This document shows positions 29,700 to 44,329 of a stretch of DNA of 64,000 nt, piece by piece; within the stretch, counting starts at the first letter, position 1; the number at the start of each line of letters is the position of its first letter. The translations under genes and the position numbers were made by a program. The stretch is from Eledone cirrhosa. Lineage: Eukaryota. The stretch lies in NCBI GenBank assembly GCA_964016885.1, contig OZ024745.1, forward strand, positions 64,728,001 through 64,792,000, given 5' to 3'. Under the pieces are notes generated by a model. The model made no database searches and was not told the DNA's origin. It worked only from the letters and a program-made list of their open reading frames with translations.

Positions 29700-30800
29700 T
29701 TTGGGTGATCCATTTTTTATTTGGGGATCCATTTTTTATTTGGGTGATCCATTTTTTATTTGGGTGATCCATTTTTTATTTGGGGGATCCATTTTTTATT
29801 TGGGTGATCCATTTTTTATTTGGGGGTCCATTTTTTATTTGGGGGTCCATTTTTTATTTGGGGGATCCATTTTTATTTGGGTGATCCATTTTTTATTTGG
29901 GGGATCCATTTTTTATTTGGGTGATCCATTTTTTATTTGGGTTGATCCCTTTTTGATTTGGGGGATCCATTTTTTATTTGGGTGATCCATTTTTTATTTG
30001 GGGGATCCATTTTTTATTTGGGGGATCCATTTTTTATTTGGTTGATCCATTTTTTATTAGGGGGATCCATTTTTTATTTGGGTGATCCATTTTAATTTGG
30101 AGATCCATTTTTTGTTTAGGTGATCCATTTTATAATTGGGTGATCCATTTTTTATTTGGGGGATCCATTTTTTATTTGGGGGATCCATTTTTTATTTGGG
30201 TGATCCATTTTTTATTTGGGTGATCCATTTTTTATTTGGGTGATCCATTTTTTATTTGGGTGATCCATTTTTTATTTGGGGGATCCATTTTTTATTTGGG
30301 TGATCCATTTTTTATTTGGGTGATCCATTTTTTATTTGGGGGATCCATTTTTTATTTGGGTGATCCATTTTTTATTTGGGGGTCCATTTTTTATTTGGGG
30401 GATCCATTTTTATTTGGGTGATCCATTTTTTATTTGGGGGATCCATTTTTTATTTGGGTGATCCATTTTTTATTTGGGTTGATCCCTTTTTGATTTGGGG
30501 GATCCATTTTTTATTTGGGTGATCCATTTTTTATTTGGGGGATCCATTTTTTATTTGGGGGATCCATTTTTTATTTGGTTGATCCATTTTTTATTAGGGG
30601 GATCCATTTTTTATTTGGGTGATCCATTTTAATTTGGAGATCCATTTTTTGTTTAGGTGATCCATTTTATAATTGGGTGATCCATTTTTTATTTGGGGGA
30701 TCCATTTTTTATTTGGGGGATCCATTATTTATTTGGGTGATCCATTTTTTATTTGGGTGATCCATTTTTTATTTGGGTGATCCATTTTTTATTTGGGTGA
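29700..30800 (+). repeat. Local duplication of about 537 bp
   Basis: Private variant GTTGATCCCTTTTTGATTTG at 29941 and 30478, each followed by the same GGTTGA / TAGGGG / GGAGATCC / GTTTAGG / ATAATT series. Confidence 0.8.
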
Positions 30801-33800
30801 TCCATTTTTTATTTGGGTGATCCATTTTTTATTTGGGGGATCCATTTTTTATTTGGGTGATCCATTTTTTATTTGGGTGATCCATTTTTTATTTGAGGGA
30901 TCCATTTTATATTTGGGTGATCCATTTTTTATATGGGTGATCCATTTTTTATTTGGGGGATCCATTTTTTATTTGGGGGATCCATTTTTTATTTGGGGGA
31001 TCCATTTTTTATTTCGGGGATCCATTTTTTATTTGGGTGATTCATTTTTTATTTGGGGGATCCATTTTTTATTTGGGTGATCCATTTTTTTTATTTGGGG
31101 GTCCATTTTTTATTTGGGTGATCCATTTTTTATTTGGATGATCCATTTTTTAATTGGGTGATCCATTTTTATTTGGGTGATCCATTTTTTACTTGGGGTA
31201 TCCATTTTTTATTTGGGTGATCCATTTTTTATTTTGCTGATTCATTTTTTATTTGGGTGATCCATTTTTTATTTGGGGGATCCATTTTTTATTTGGGTGA
31301 ACCATTTTTTATTTGGGAGATCCATTTTTTATTTGGGTGATCCATTTTTTATTTGGGTGATCCATTTTTTATTTGGGGGATCCATTTTTTATTTGGGTGA
31401 TACATTTTTTATTTGGGTGATCCATTTTTTATTTGGGGGATCCATTTTTTATTTGGGGGATCCATTTTTTATTTGGGTGATCCATTTTTATTTGGAGATC
31501 CATTTTGTATTTGGGTGATCCATTTTTTAATTGGGTGATCCATTTTTTATTTGGGTGATCCATTTTTTATTTGGGGGATCCATTTTTTATTTGGGTGATC
31601 CATTTTTTATTTGGGTGGTCCATTTTTTATTTGGGTGATCCATTTTTTATTTGGGGGATCCATTTTTTATTTGGGTGATCCATTTTTTATTTGGGGATCC
31701 ATTTTTTATTTGGGTGATCCATTTTTTATTTGGGTGATCCATTTTTTATTTGGGGGATCCATTTTTTATTTGGGTGATCCATTTTTTATCTGGGGGGGTC
31801 CATTTTTTATTTGGGGGATCCATTTTTATTTGGGTGATCCATTTTTTATTTGGGGGATCCATTTTTTATTTGGGTGATCCCTTTTTTATTTGGGGGATCC
31901 ATTTTTTATTTGGGTGATCCATTTTTTATTTGGGGGATCCATTTTTTATTTGGGGGATTCATTTTTTATTTGGGTGATCCATTTTTTATTAGGGGGATCC
32001 ATTTTTTATTTGGGTGATCCATTTTTATTTGGAGATCCATTTTTTATTTAGGTGATCCATTTTATAATTGGGTGATCCATTTTTTATTTGGGGGATCCAT
32101 TTTTTATTTGGGGGATCCATTATTTATTTGGGTGATCCATTTTTTATTTGGGTGATCCATTTTTTATTTAGGTGATCCATTTTTTATTTGGGTGCTCCAT
32201 TTTTTATTTGGGTGATCCATTTTTTATTTGGGGGATCCATTTTTTATTTGGGTGATCCATTTTTTATTTGGGGGATCCATTTTTTATTTGGGTGATCCAT
32301 TTTTTATTTGGGGGATCCATTTTTTATTTCGGGGATCCATTTTTTATTTGGGTGATTCATTTTTTATTTGGGGGATCCATTTTTTATTTTGGGTGATCCA
32401 TTTTTTATTAGGGGGATCCATTTTTTATTTGGGTGATCCATTTTTATTTGTAGATCCATTTTTTATTTGGGTGATCCATTTTTTAATTGGATGATCCATT
32501 TTTTATTTGGGGGATCTATTTTTTATTTGGGGGATCCATTATTTATTTGGGTGATCCATTTTTTATTTGGGTGATCCATTTTTTGTTCGGGGGATCCATT
32601 TTTTATTTGGGTGATCCATTTTTTATTTGGGTGATCCATTTTTTAATTGGGGATCCATTTTTTATTTAGTTGATCCATTTTTTAATTGGGTGATGCATTT
32701 TTTATTTGGGGGATCTATTTTTTATTTGGGGGATCCATTTTTTATTTGGGGGATCCATTGTTTATTTGGGTGATCCATTTTTTATTTGGGTGATCCATTT
32801 TTTATTTGGGGGATCCATTTTGTATTTGGGTGATCCATTTTTTATTTGGGTGATCCATTTTTTATTTGGGTGATCCATTTTTTATTTGTGGGATCCATTT
32901 TTTATTTGGGTGATCCATTTTTTATTTGGGGGATCCTTTTTTATTTGGGTGATCCATTTTTTATTTGGGTGATCCATTTTTTATTTGGGGGATCCATTTT
33001 TTATTTGGGTGATCCATTTTTTATTTGGGTGATCCATTTTTTATTTGGGGGATCCATTTTTTATTTGGGTGATCCATTTTTTATTTGGGGGATCCATTTT
33101 TTATTTGGGGGATTCATTTTTTATTTGGGTGATCCATTTTTTATATGGGTGATCCATTTTTTATTTGGGGGGATCCATTTTTAATTTGGGTGATCCATTT
33201 TTTATTTGGGGGATCCATTTTTTATTTGGGTGATCCATATTTTATTTGGGGGATCCATTTTTTATTTGGGTGATCCATTTTTTATTTGGGTGATCCATTT
33301 TTTAATTGGGTGATCCATTTTTTATTTGGGGGATCCATTTTTTATTTGGGTGATCCATTTTTTAGTTGGGTGGTCCATTTTTTATTTGGGTGATCCATTT
33401 TTTATTTGGGGGATCCATTTTTTATTTGGGTGATCCATTTTTTATTTGGGGATCCATTTTTTATTTGGGTGATCCATTTTTTATTTGGGTGATCCATTTT
33501 TTATTTGGAGGATCCATTCTTTATTTGGGTGATTCATTTTTTATTTGGGGGGTCCATTTTTTATTTGGGGGATCCATTTTTATTTGGGTGATCCATTTTT
33601 TATTTGGGGGATCCATTTTTTATTTGGGTGATCCATTTTTTATTTGGGTTGATCCCTTTTTTATTTGGGGGATCCATTTTTTATTTGGGTGATCCATTTT
33701 TTATTTGGGGGATCCATTTTTTATTTGGGTGATCCATTTTTTATTTGAGGGATCCATTTTATATTTGGGTGATCCATTTTTTATTTGGGGGATCCATTAT

Positions 33801-34769
33801 TTATTTGGGTGATCCATTTTTTATTTGGGTGATCCATTTTTTATTTGGGTGATCCATTTTTTATTTGGGTGATCCATTTTTTATTTGGGTGATACATTTT
33901 TTATTTGGGGGATCCATTTTTTATTTGGGTGATCCATTTTTTATTTGGGTGATCCATTTTTTATTTGAGGGATCCATTTTATATTTGGGTGATCCATTTT
34001 TTATTTGGGTGATCCATTTTTTATTTGGGGGATCCATTTTTTATTTGGGGGATCCATTTTTTATTTGGGGGATCCATTTTTTATTTGGGGGATCCATTTT
34101 TTATTTCGGGGATCCATTTTTTATTTGGGTGATTCATTTTTTATTTGGGGGATCCATTTTTTATTTGGGTGATCCATTTTTTTAATTTGGGGGTCCATTT
34201 TTTATTTGGGTGATCCATTTTTTATTTGGGTGATCCATTTTTTAATTGGGTGATCCATTTTTATTTGGGTGATCCATTTTTTACTTGGGGGATCCATTTT
34301 TTATTTGGGTGATCCATTTTTTATTTTGCTGATTCATTTTTTATTTGGGTGATCCATTTTTTATTTGGGGGATCCATTTTTTATTTGGGTGAACCATTTT
34401 TTATTTGGGGGATCCATTTTTTATTTGGGTGATCCATTTTTTATTTGGGTGATCCATTTTTTATTTGGGGGATCCATTTTTTATTTGGGTGATCCATTTT
34501 TTATTTGGGTGATCCATTTTTCATTTGGGGGATCCATTTTTTATTTGGGGGATCCATTTTTTATTTGGGTGATCCATTTTTATTTGGAGATCCATTTTGT
34601 ATTTGGGTGATCCATTTTTTAATTGGGTGATCCATTTTTTATTTGGGTGATCCATTTTTTATTTGGGGGATCCATTTTTTATTTGGGTGATCCATTTTTT
34701 ATTTGGGTGGTCCATTTTTTATTTGGGTGATCCATTTTTTATTTGGGGGATCCATTTTTTATTTGGGTG

Positions 34770-37700
34770 ATCCATTTTTTATTTGGGGATCCATTTTTTA
34801 TTTGGGTGATCCATTTTTTATTTGGGTGATCCATTTTTTATTTGGGGGATACATTTTTTATTTGGGTGATCCATTTTTTATTTGGGGGGTCCATTTTTTA
34901 TTTGGGGGATCCATTTTTATTTGGGTGATCCATTTTTTATTTGGGGGATCCATTTTTTATTTGGGTGATCCCTTTTTTATTTGGGGGATCCATTTTTTAT
35001 TTGGGTGATCCATTTTTTTATTTGGGGGATCCATTTTTTATTTGGGGGATTCATTTTTTATTTGGGTGATCCATTTTTTATTAGGGGGATCCATTTTTTA
35101 TTTGGGTGATCCATTTTTATTTGGAGATCCATTTTTTATTTAGGTGATCCATTTTATAATTGGGTGATCCATTTTTTATTTGGGGGATCCATTTTTTATT
35201 TGGAGGATCCATTATTTATTTGGGTGATCCATTTTTTATTTGGGTGATCCATTTTTTATTTGGGTGATCCATTTTTTATTTGGGTTGATCCCTTTTTTAT
35301 TTGGGGGATCCATTTTTTATTTGGGTGATCCATTTTTTATTTTGGGGATCCATTTTTTATTTGGGTGATCCATTTTTTATTTGGGTGATCCATTTTTTAT
35401 TTGAGGGACCCATTTTATATTTGGGTGATCCATTTTTTATTTGGGTGATCCATTTTTTATTTGGGGGATCCATTTTTTATTTGGGGGATCCATTTTTTAT
35501 TTGGGGGATCCATTTTTTATTTGGGGGATCCATTTTTTATTTCGGGGATCCATTTTTTATTTGGGTGATTCATTTTTTATTTGGGGGATCTATTTTTTAT
35601 TTGGGTGATCCATTTTTTTTATTTGGGGGTCCATTTTTTATTTGGGTGATCCATTTTTATTTGGAGATCCATTTTTTATTTAGGTGATCCATTTTATAAT
35701 TGGGTGATCCATTTTTTATTTGGGGGATCCATTTTTTATTTGGAGGATCCATTATTTATTTGGGTGATCCATTTTTTATTTGGGTGATCCATTTTTTATT
35801 TGGGTGATCCATTTTTTATTTGGGTTGATCCCTTTTTTATTTGGGGGATCCATTTTTTATTTGGGTGATCCATTTTTTATTTTGGGGATCCATTTTTTAT
35901 TTGGGTGATCCATTTTTTATTTGGGTGATCCATTTTTTATTTGAGGGACCCATTTTATATTTGGGTGATCCATTTTTTATTTGGGTGATCCATTTTTTAT
36001 TTGGGGGATCCATTTTTTATTTGGGGGATCCATTTTTTATTTGGGGGATCCATTTTTTATTTGGGGGATCCATTTTTTATTTCGGGGATCCATTTTTTAT
36101 TTGGGTGATTCATTTTTTATTTGGGGGATCTATTTTTTATTTGGGTGATCCATTTTTTTTATTTGGGGGTCCATTTTTTATTTGGGTGATCCATTTTTTA
36201 TTTGGGTGATCCATTTTTTAATTGGGTGATCCATTTTTATTTGGGTGATCCATTTTTTACTTGGGGGATCCATTTTTTATTTGGGTGATCCATTTTTTAT
36301 TTTGCTGATTCATTTTTTATTTGGGTGATCCATTTTTTATTTGGAGGATCCATTTTTTATTTGGGTGAACCATTTTTTATTTGGGGGATCCATTTTTTAT
36401 TTGGGTGATCCATTTTTTATTTGGGTGATCCATTTTTTATTTGGGGGATCCATGTTTTATTTGGGTGATCCATTTTTTTTTTGGGTGATCCATTTTTTAT
36501 TTGGGGGATCCATTTTTTATTTGGGGGATCCATTTTTTATTTGGGTGATCCATTTTTATTTGGAGATCCATTTTGTATTTGGGTGATCCATTTTGTATTT
36601 GGGGGATCCATTTTTTAATTGGGTGATCCATTTTTTATTTGGGGGATCCATTTTTTATTTGGGGGATCCATTTTTTATTTGGGGGATCCATTGTTTATTT
36701 GGGTGATCCATTTTTTATTTGGGTGATCCATTTTTTATTTGGGGGATCCATTTTTTATTTGGGTGATCCATTTTTTATTTGGGTGATCCATTTTTTATTT
36801 GGGTGATCCATTTTTTATTTGTGGGATCCATTTTTTATTTGGGTGATCCATTTTTTATTTGGGGGATCCTTTTTTTATTTGGGTGATCCATTTTTTATTT
36901 GGGTGATCCATTTTTTATTTGGGGGATCCATTTTTTATTTGGGTGATCCATTTTTTATTTGGGTGATACATTTTTTATTTGGGGGATCCATTTTTTATTT
37001 GGGTGATCCATTTTTTATTTGGGGGATCCATTTTTTATTTGGGGGATCAATTTTTTATTTGGGTGATCCATTTTTTATTTGGGTGTTCCATTTTTTATTT
37101 GGGGGGATCCATTTTTTATTTGGGTGATCCATTTTTTATTTGGGGGATCCATTTTTTATTTGGGTGATCCATTTTTTATTTGGGGGATCCATTTTTTATT
37201 TGGGTGATCCATTTTTTATTTGGGTGATCCATTTTTTAATTGGGTGATCCATTTTTTATTTGGGGGATCCATTTTTTATTTGGGTGATCCATTTTTTAGT
37301 TGGGTGGTCCATTTTTTATTTGGGTGATCCATTTTTTATTTGGGGGATCCATTTTTTATTTGGGTGATCCATTTTTTATTTGGGGATCCATTTTTTATTT
37401 GGGTGATCCATTTTTTATTTGGGTGATCCATTTTTTATTTGGGGGATCCATTTTTTATTTGGGTGATTCATTTTTTATTTGGGGGGTCCATTTTTTATTT
37501 GGGGGATCCATTTTTATTTGGGTGATCCATTTTTTATTTGGGGGATCCATTTTTTATTTGGGTGATCCATTTTTTATTTGGGTTGATCCCTTTTTTATTT
37601 GGGGGATCCATTTTTTATTTGGGTGATCCATTTTTTATTTGGAGGATCCACTTTTTATTTGGGTGATCCATTTTTTATTTGAGGGATCCATTTTATATTT

Positions 37701-40700
37701 GGGTGATCCATTTTTTATTTGGGGGATCCATTATTTATTTGGGTGATCCATTTTTTATTTGGGTGATCCATTTTTTATTTGGGTGATCCATTTTTTATTT
37801 GGGTGATCCATTTTTTATTTGGGTGATCCATTTTTTATTTGGGGGATCCATTTTTTATTTGGATGATCCATTTTTTATTTGGGTGATCCATTTTTTATTT
37901 GAGGGATCCATTTTATATTTGGGTGATCCATTTTTTATTTGGGTGATCCATTTTTTATTTGGGGGATCCATTATTTATTTGGGGGATCCATTTTTTATTT
38001 GGGGGATCCATTTTTTATTTGGGGGATCCATTTTTTATTTCGGGGATCCATTTTTTATTTGGGTGATTCATTTTTTATTTGGGGGATCCATTTTTTATTT
38101 GGGTGATCCATTTTTTTTATTTGGGGGTCCATTTTTTATTTGGGTGATCCATTTTTTATTTGGGTGATCCATTTTTTAATTGGGTGATCCATCTTTATTT
38201 GGGTGATCCATTTTTTACTTGGGGGATCCATTTTTTATTTGGGTGATCCATTTTTTATTTTGATGATTCATTTTTTATTTGGGTGATCCATTTTTTATTT
38301 GGGGGATCCATTTTTTATTTGGGTGAACCATTTTTTATTTGGGGGATCCATCTTTTATTTGGGTGATCCATTTTTTATTTGGGTGATCCATTTTTTATTT
38401 GGGGGATCCATTTTTTATTTGGGTGATCCATTTTTTATTTGGGTGATCCATTTTTTATTTGGGGGATCCATTTTTTATTTGGGTGATCCATTTTTTATTT
38501 GGGGATCCATTTTTTATTTGGGTGATCCATTTTTTATTTGGGTGATCCATTTTTTATTTGGGGGATACATTTTTTATTTGGGTGATCCATTTTTTATTTG
38601 GGGGGTCCATTTTTTATTTGGGGGATCCATTTTTATTTGGGTGATCCATTTTTTATTTGGGGGATCCATTTTTTATTTGGGTGATCCCTTTTTTATTTGG
38701 GGGATCCATTTTTTATTTGGGTGATCCATTTTTTTATTTGGGGGATCCATTTTTTATTTGGGGGATTCATTTTTTATTTGGGTGATCCATTTTTTATTAG
38801 GGGGATCCATTTTTTATTTGGGTGATCCATTTTTATTTGGAGATCCATTTTTTATTTAGGTGATCCATTTTATAATTGGGTGATCCATTTTTTATTTGGG
38901 GGATCCATTTTTTATTTGGAGGATCCATTATTTATTTGGGTGATCCATTTTTTATTTGGGTGATCCATTTTTTATTTGGGTGATCCATTTTTTATTTGGG
39001 TTGATCCCTTTTTTATTTGGGGGATCCATTTTTTATTTGGGTGATCCATTTTTTATTTTGGGGATCCATTTTTTATTTGGGTGATCCATTTTTTATTTGG
39101 GTGATCCATTTTTTATTTGAGGGACCCATTTTATATTTGGGTGATCCATTTTTTATTTGGGTGATCCATTTTTTATTTGGGGGATCCATTTTTTATTTGG
39201 GGGATCCATTTTTTATTTGGGGGATCCATTTTTTATTTGGGGGATCCATTTTTTTATTTCGGGGATCCATTTTTTATTTGGGTGATTCATTTTTTATTTG
39301 GGGGATCTATTTTTTATTTGGGTGATCCATTTTTTTTATTTGGGGGTCCATTTTTTATTTGGGTGATCCATTTTTATTTGGAGATCCATTTTTTATTTAG
39401 GTGATCCATTTTATAATTGGGTGATCCATTTTTTATTTGGGGGATCCATTTTTTATTTGGAGGATCCATTATTTATTTGGGTGATCCATTTTTTATTTGG
39501 GTGATCCATTTTTTATTTGGGTGATCCATTTTTTATTTGGGTTGATCCCTTTTTTATTTGGGGGATCCATTTTTTATTTGGGTGATCCATTTTTTATTTT
39601 GGGGATCCATTTTTTATTTGGGTGATCCATTTTTTATTTGGGTGATCCATTTTTTATTTGAGGGACCCATTTTATATTTGGGTGATCCATTTTTTATTTG
39701 GGTGATCCATTTTTTATTTGGGGGATCCATTTTTTATTTGGGGGATCCATTTTTTATTTGGGGGATCCATTTTTTATTTGGGGGATCCATTTTTTATTTC
39801 GGGGATCCATTTTTTATTTGGGTGATTCATTTTTTATTTGGGGGATCTATTTTTTATTTGGGTGATCCATTTTTTTTATTTGGGGGTCCATTTTTTATTT
39901 GGGTGATCCATTTTTTATTTGGGTGATCCATTTTTTAATTGGGTGATCCATTTTTATTTGGGTGATCCATTTTTTACTTGGGGGATCCATTTTTTATTTG
40001 GGTGATCCATTTTTTATTTTGCTGATTCATTTTTTATTTGGGTGATCCATTTTTTATTTGGAGGATCCATTTTTTATTTGGGTGAACCATTTTTTATTTG
40101 GGGGATCCATTTTTTATTTGGGTGATCCATTTTTTATTTGGGTGATCCATTTTTTATTTGGGGGATCCATGTTTTATTTGGGTGATCCATTTTTTTTTTG
40201 GGTGATCCATTTTTTATTTGGGGGATCCATTTTTTATTTGGGGGATCCATTTTTTATTTGGGTGATCCATTTTTATTTGGAGATCCATTTTGTATTTGGG
40301 TGATCCATTTTGTATTTGGGGGATCCATTTTTTAATTGGGTGATCCATTTTTTATTTGGGGGATCCATTTTTTATTTGGGGGATCCATTTTTTATTTGGG
40401 GGATCCATTGTTTATTTGGGTGATCCATTTTTTATTTGGGTGATCCATTTTTTATTTGGGGGATCCATTTTTTATTTGGGTGATCCATTTTTTATTTGGG
40501 TGATCCATTTTTTATTTGGGTGATCCATTTTTTATTTGTGGGATCCATTTTTTATTTGGGTGATCCATTTTTTATTTGGGGGATCCTTTTTTTATTTGGG
40601 TGATCCATTTTTTATTTGGGTGATCCATTTTTTATTTGGGGATCCATTTTTTATTTGGGTGATCCATTTTTTATTTGGGTGATCCATTTTTTATTTGGGG

Positions 40701-43700
40701 GATACATTTTTTATTTGGGTGATCCATTTTTTATTTGGGGGGTCCATTTTTTATTTGGGGGATCCATTTTTATTTGGGTGATCCATTTTTTATTTGGGGG
40801 ATCCATTTTTTATTTGGGTGATCCCTTTTTTATTTGGGGGATCCATTTTTTATTTGGGTGATCCATTTTTTTATTTGGGGGATCCATTTTTTATTTGGGG
40901 GATTCATTTTTTATTTGGGTGATCCATTTTTTATTAGGGGGATCCATTTTTTATTTGGGTGATCCATTTTTATTTGGAGATCCATTTTTTATTTAGGTGA
41001 TCCATTTTATAATTGGGTGATCCATTTTTTATTTGGGGGATCCATTTTTTATTTGGAGGATCCATTATTTATTTGGGTGATCCATTTTTTATTTGGGTGA
41101 TCCATTTTTTATTTGGGTGATCCATTTTTTATTTGGGTTGATCCCTTTTTTATTTGGGGGATCCATTTTTTATTTGGGTGATCCATTTTTTATTTTGGGG
41201 ATCCATTTTTTATTTGGGTGATCCATTTTTTATTTGGGTGATCCATTTTTTATTTGAGGGACCCATTTTATATTTGGGTGATCCATTTTTTATTTGGGTG
41301 ATCCATTTTTTATTTGGGGGATCCATTTTTTATTTGGGGGATCCATTTTTTATTTGGGGGATCCATTTTTTATTTGGGGGATCCATTTTTTATTTCGGGG
41401 ATCCATTTTTTATTTGGGTGATTCATTTTTTATTTGGGGGATCTATTTTTTATTTGGGTGATCCATTTTTTTTATTTGGGGGTCCATTTTTTATTTGGGT
41501 GATCCATTTTTATTTGGAGATCCATTTTTTATTTAGGTGATCCATTTTATAATTGGGTGATCCATTTTTTATTTGGGGGATCCATTTTTTATTTGGAGGA
41601 TCCATTATTTATTTGGGTGATCCATTTTTTATTTGGGTGATCCATTTTTTATTTGGGTGATCCATTTTTTATTTGGGTTGATCCCTTTTTTATTTGGGGG
41701 ATCCATTTTTTATTTGGGTGATCCATTTTTTATTTTGGGGATCCATTTTTTATTTGGGTGATCCATTTTTTATTTGGGTGATCCATTTTTTATTTGAGGG
41801 ACCCATTTTATATTTGGGTGATCCATTTTTTATTTGGGTGATCCATTTTTTATTTGGGGGATCCATTTTTTATTTGGGGGATCCATTTTTTATTTGGGGG
41901 ATCCATTTTTTATTTGGGGGATCCATTTTTTATTTCGGGGATCCATTTTTTATTTGGGTGATTCATTTTTTATTTGGGGGATCTATTTTTTATTTGGGTG
42001 ATCCATTTTTTTTATTTGGGGGTCCATTTTTTATTTGGGTGATCCATTTTTTATTTGGGTGATCCATTTTTTAATTGGGTGATCCATTTTTATTTGGGTG
42101 ATCCATTTTTTACTTGGGGGATCCATTTTTTATTTGGGTGATCCATTTTTTATTTTGCTGATTCATTTTTTATTTGGGTGATCCATTTTTTATTTGGAGG
42201 ATCCATTTTTTATTTGGGTGAACCATTTTTTATTTGGGGGATCCATTTTTTATTTGGGTGATCCATTTTTTATTTGGGTGATCCATTTTTTATTTGGGGG
42301 ATCCATGTTTTATTTGGGTGATCCATTTTTTTTTTGGGTGATCCATTTTTTATTTGGGGGATCCATTTTTTATTTGGGGGATCCATTTTTTATTTGGGTG
42401 ATCCATTTTTATTTGGAGATCCATTTTGTATTTGGGTGATCCATTTTGTATTTGGGGGATCCATTTTTTAATTGGGTGATCCATTTTTTATTTGGGGGAT
42501 CCATTTTTTATTTGGGGGATCCATTTTTTATTTGGGGGATCCATTGTTTATTTGGGTGATCCATTTTTTATTTGGGTGATCCATTTTTTATTTGGGGGAT
42601 CCATTTTTTATTTGGGTGATCCATTTTTTATTTGGGTGATCCATTTTTTATTTGGGTGATCCATTTTTTATTTGTGGGATCCATTTTTTATTTGGGTGAT
42701 CCATTTTTTATTTGGGGGATCCTTTTTTTATTTGGGTGATCCATTTTTTATTTGGGTGATCCATTTTTTATTTGGGGGATCCATTTTTTATTTGGGTGAT
42801 CCATTTTTTATTTGGGTGATACATTTTTTATTTGGGGGATCCATTTTTTATTTGGGTGATCCATTTTTTATTTGGGGGATCCATTTTTTATTTGGGGGAT
42901 CAATTTTTTATTTGGGTGATCCATTTTTTATTTGGGTGTTCCATTTTTTATTTGGGGGGATCCATTTTTTATTTGGGTGATCCATTTTTTATTTGGGGGA
43001 TCCATTTTTTATTTGGGTGATCCATTTTTTATTTGGGGGATCCATTTTTTATTTGGGTGATCCATTTTTTATTTGGGTGATCCATTTTTTAATTGGGTGA
43101 TCCATTTTTTATTTGGGGGATCCATTTTTTATTTGGGTGATCCATTTTTTAGTTGGGTGGTCCATTTTTTATTTGGGTGATCCATTTTTTATTTGGGGGA
43201 TCCATTTTTTATTTGGGTGATCCATTTTTTATTTGGGGATCCATTTTTTATTTGGGTGATCCATTTTTTATTTGGGTGATCCATTTTTTATTTGGGGGAT
43301 CCATTTTTTATTTGGGTGATTCATTTTTTATTTGGGGGGTCCATTTTTTATTTGGGGGATCCATTTTTATTTGGGTGATCCATTTTTTATTTGGGGGATC
43401 CATTTTTTATTTGGGTGATCCATTTTTTATTTGGGTTGATCCCTTTTTTATTTGGGGGATCCATTTTTTATTTGGGTGATCCATTTTTTATTTGGAGGAT
43501 CCACTTTTTATTTGGGTGATCCATTTTTTATTTGAGGGATCCATTTTATATTTGGGTGATCCATTTTTTATTTGGGGGATCCATTATTTATTTGGGTGAT
43601 CCATTTTTTATTTGGGTGATCCATTTTTTATTTGGGTGATCCATTTTTTATTTGGGTGATCCATTTTTTATTTGGGTGATCCATTTTTTATTTGGGGGAT

Positions 43701-44290
43701 CCATTTTTTATTTGGATGATCCATTTTTTATTTGGGTGATCCATTTTTTATTTGAGGGATCCATTTTATATTTGGGTGATCCATTTTTTATTTGGGTGAT
43801 CCATTTTTTATTTGGGGGATCCATTATTTATTTGGGGGATCCATTTTTTATTTGGGGGATCCATTTTTTATTTGGGGGATCCATTTTTTATTTCGGGGAT
43901 CCATTTTTTATTTGGGTGATTCATTTTTTATTTGGGGGATCCATTTTTTATTTGGGTGATCCATTTTTTTTATTTGGGGGTCCATTTTTTATTTGGGTGA
44001 TCCATTTTTTATTTGGGTGATCCATTTTTTAATTGGGTGATCCATCTTTATTTGGGTGATCCATTTTTTACTTGGGGGATCCATTTTTTATTTGGGTGAT
44101 CCATTTTTTATTTTGATGATTCATTTTTTATTTGGGTGATCCATTTTTTATTTGGGGGATCCATTTTTTATTTGGGTGAACCATTTTTTATTTGGGGGAT
44201 CCATCTTTTATTTGGGTGATCCATTTTTTATTTGGGTGATCCATTTTTTATTTGGGGGATCCATTTTTTATTTGGGTGATCCATTTTTTA
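34770..44290 (+). repeat. A-B-A-A-B block structure (A about 2.14 kb with an internal 540-bp duplication, B about 1.58 kb)
   Basis: Offsets 35301/39017 = 3716, 39558/41694 = 2136, and 35301/41154, 36819/42672, 37799/43652, 38299/44152 = 5853. Internal offset 35301/35841 = 540. A markers GAGGGACCC and CATGTTTT, B markers GGGTGTTCC and GGAGGATCCACTT. Confidence 0.9.
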
Positions 44291-44329
44291 TTTGGAGAAT
44301 CCATTTTTTATTTGGGGGATCCATTTTTT

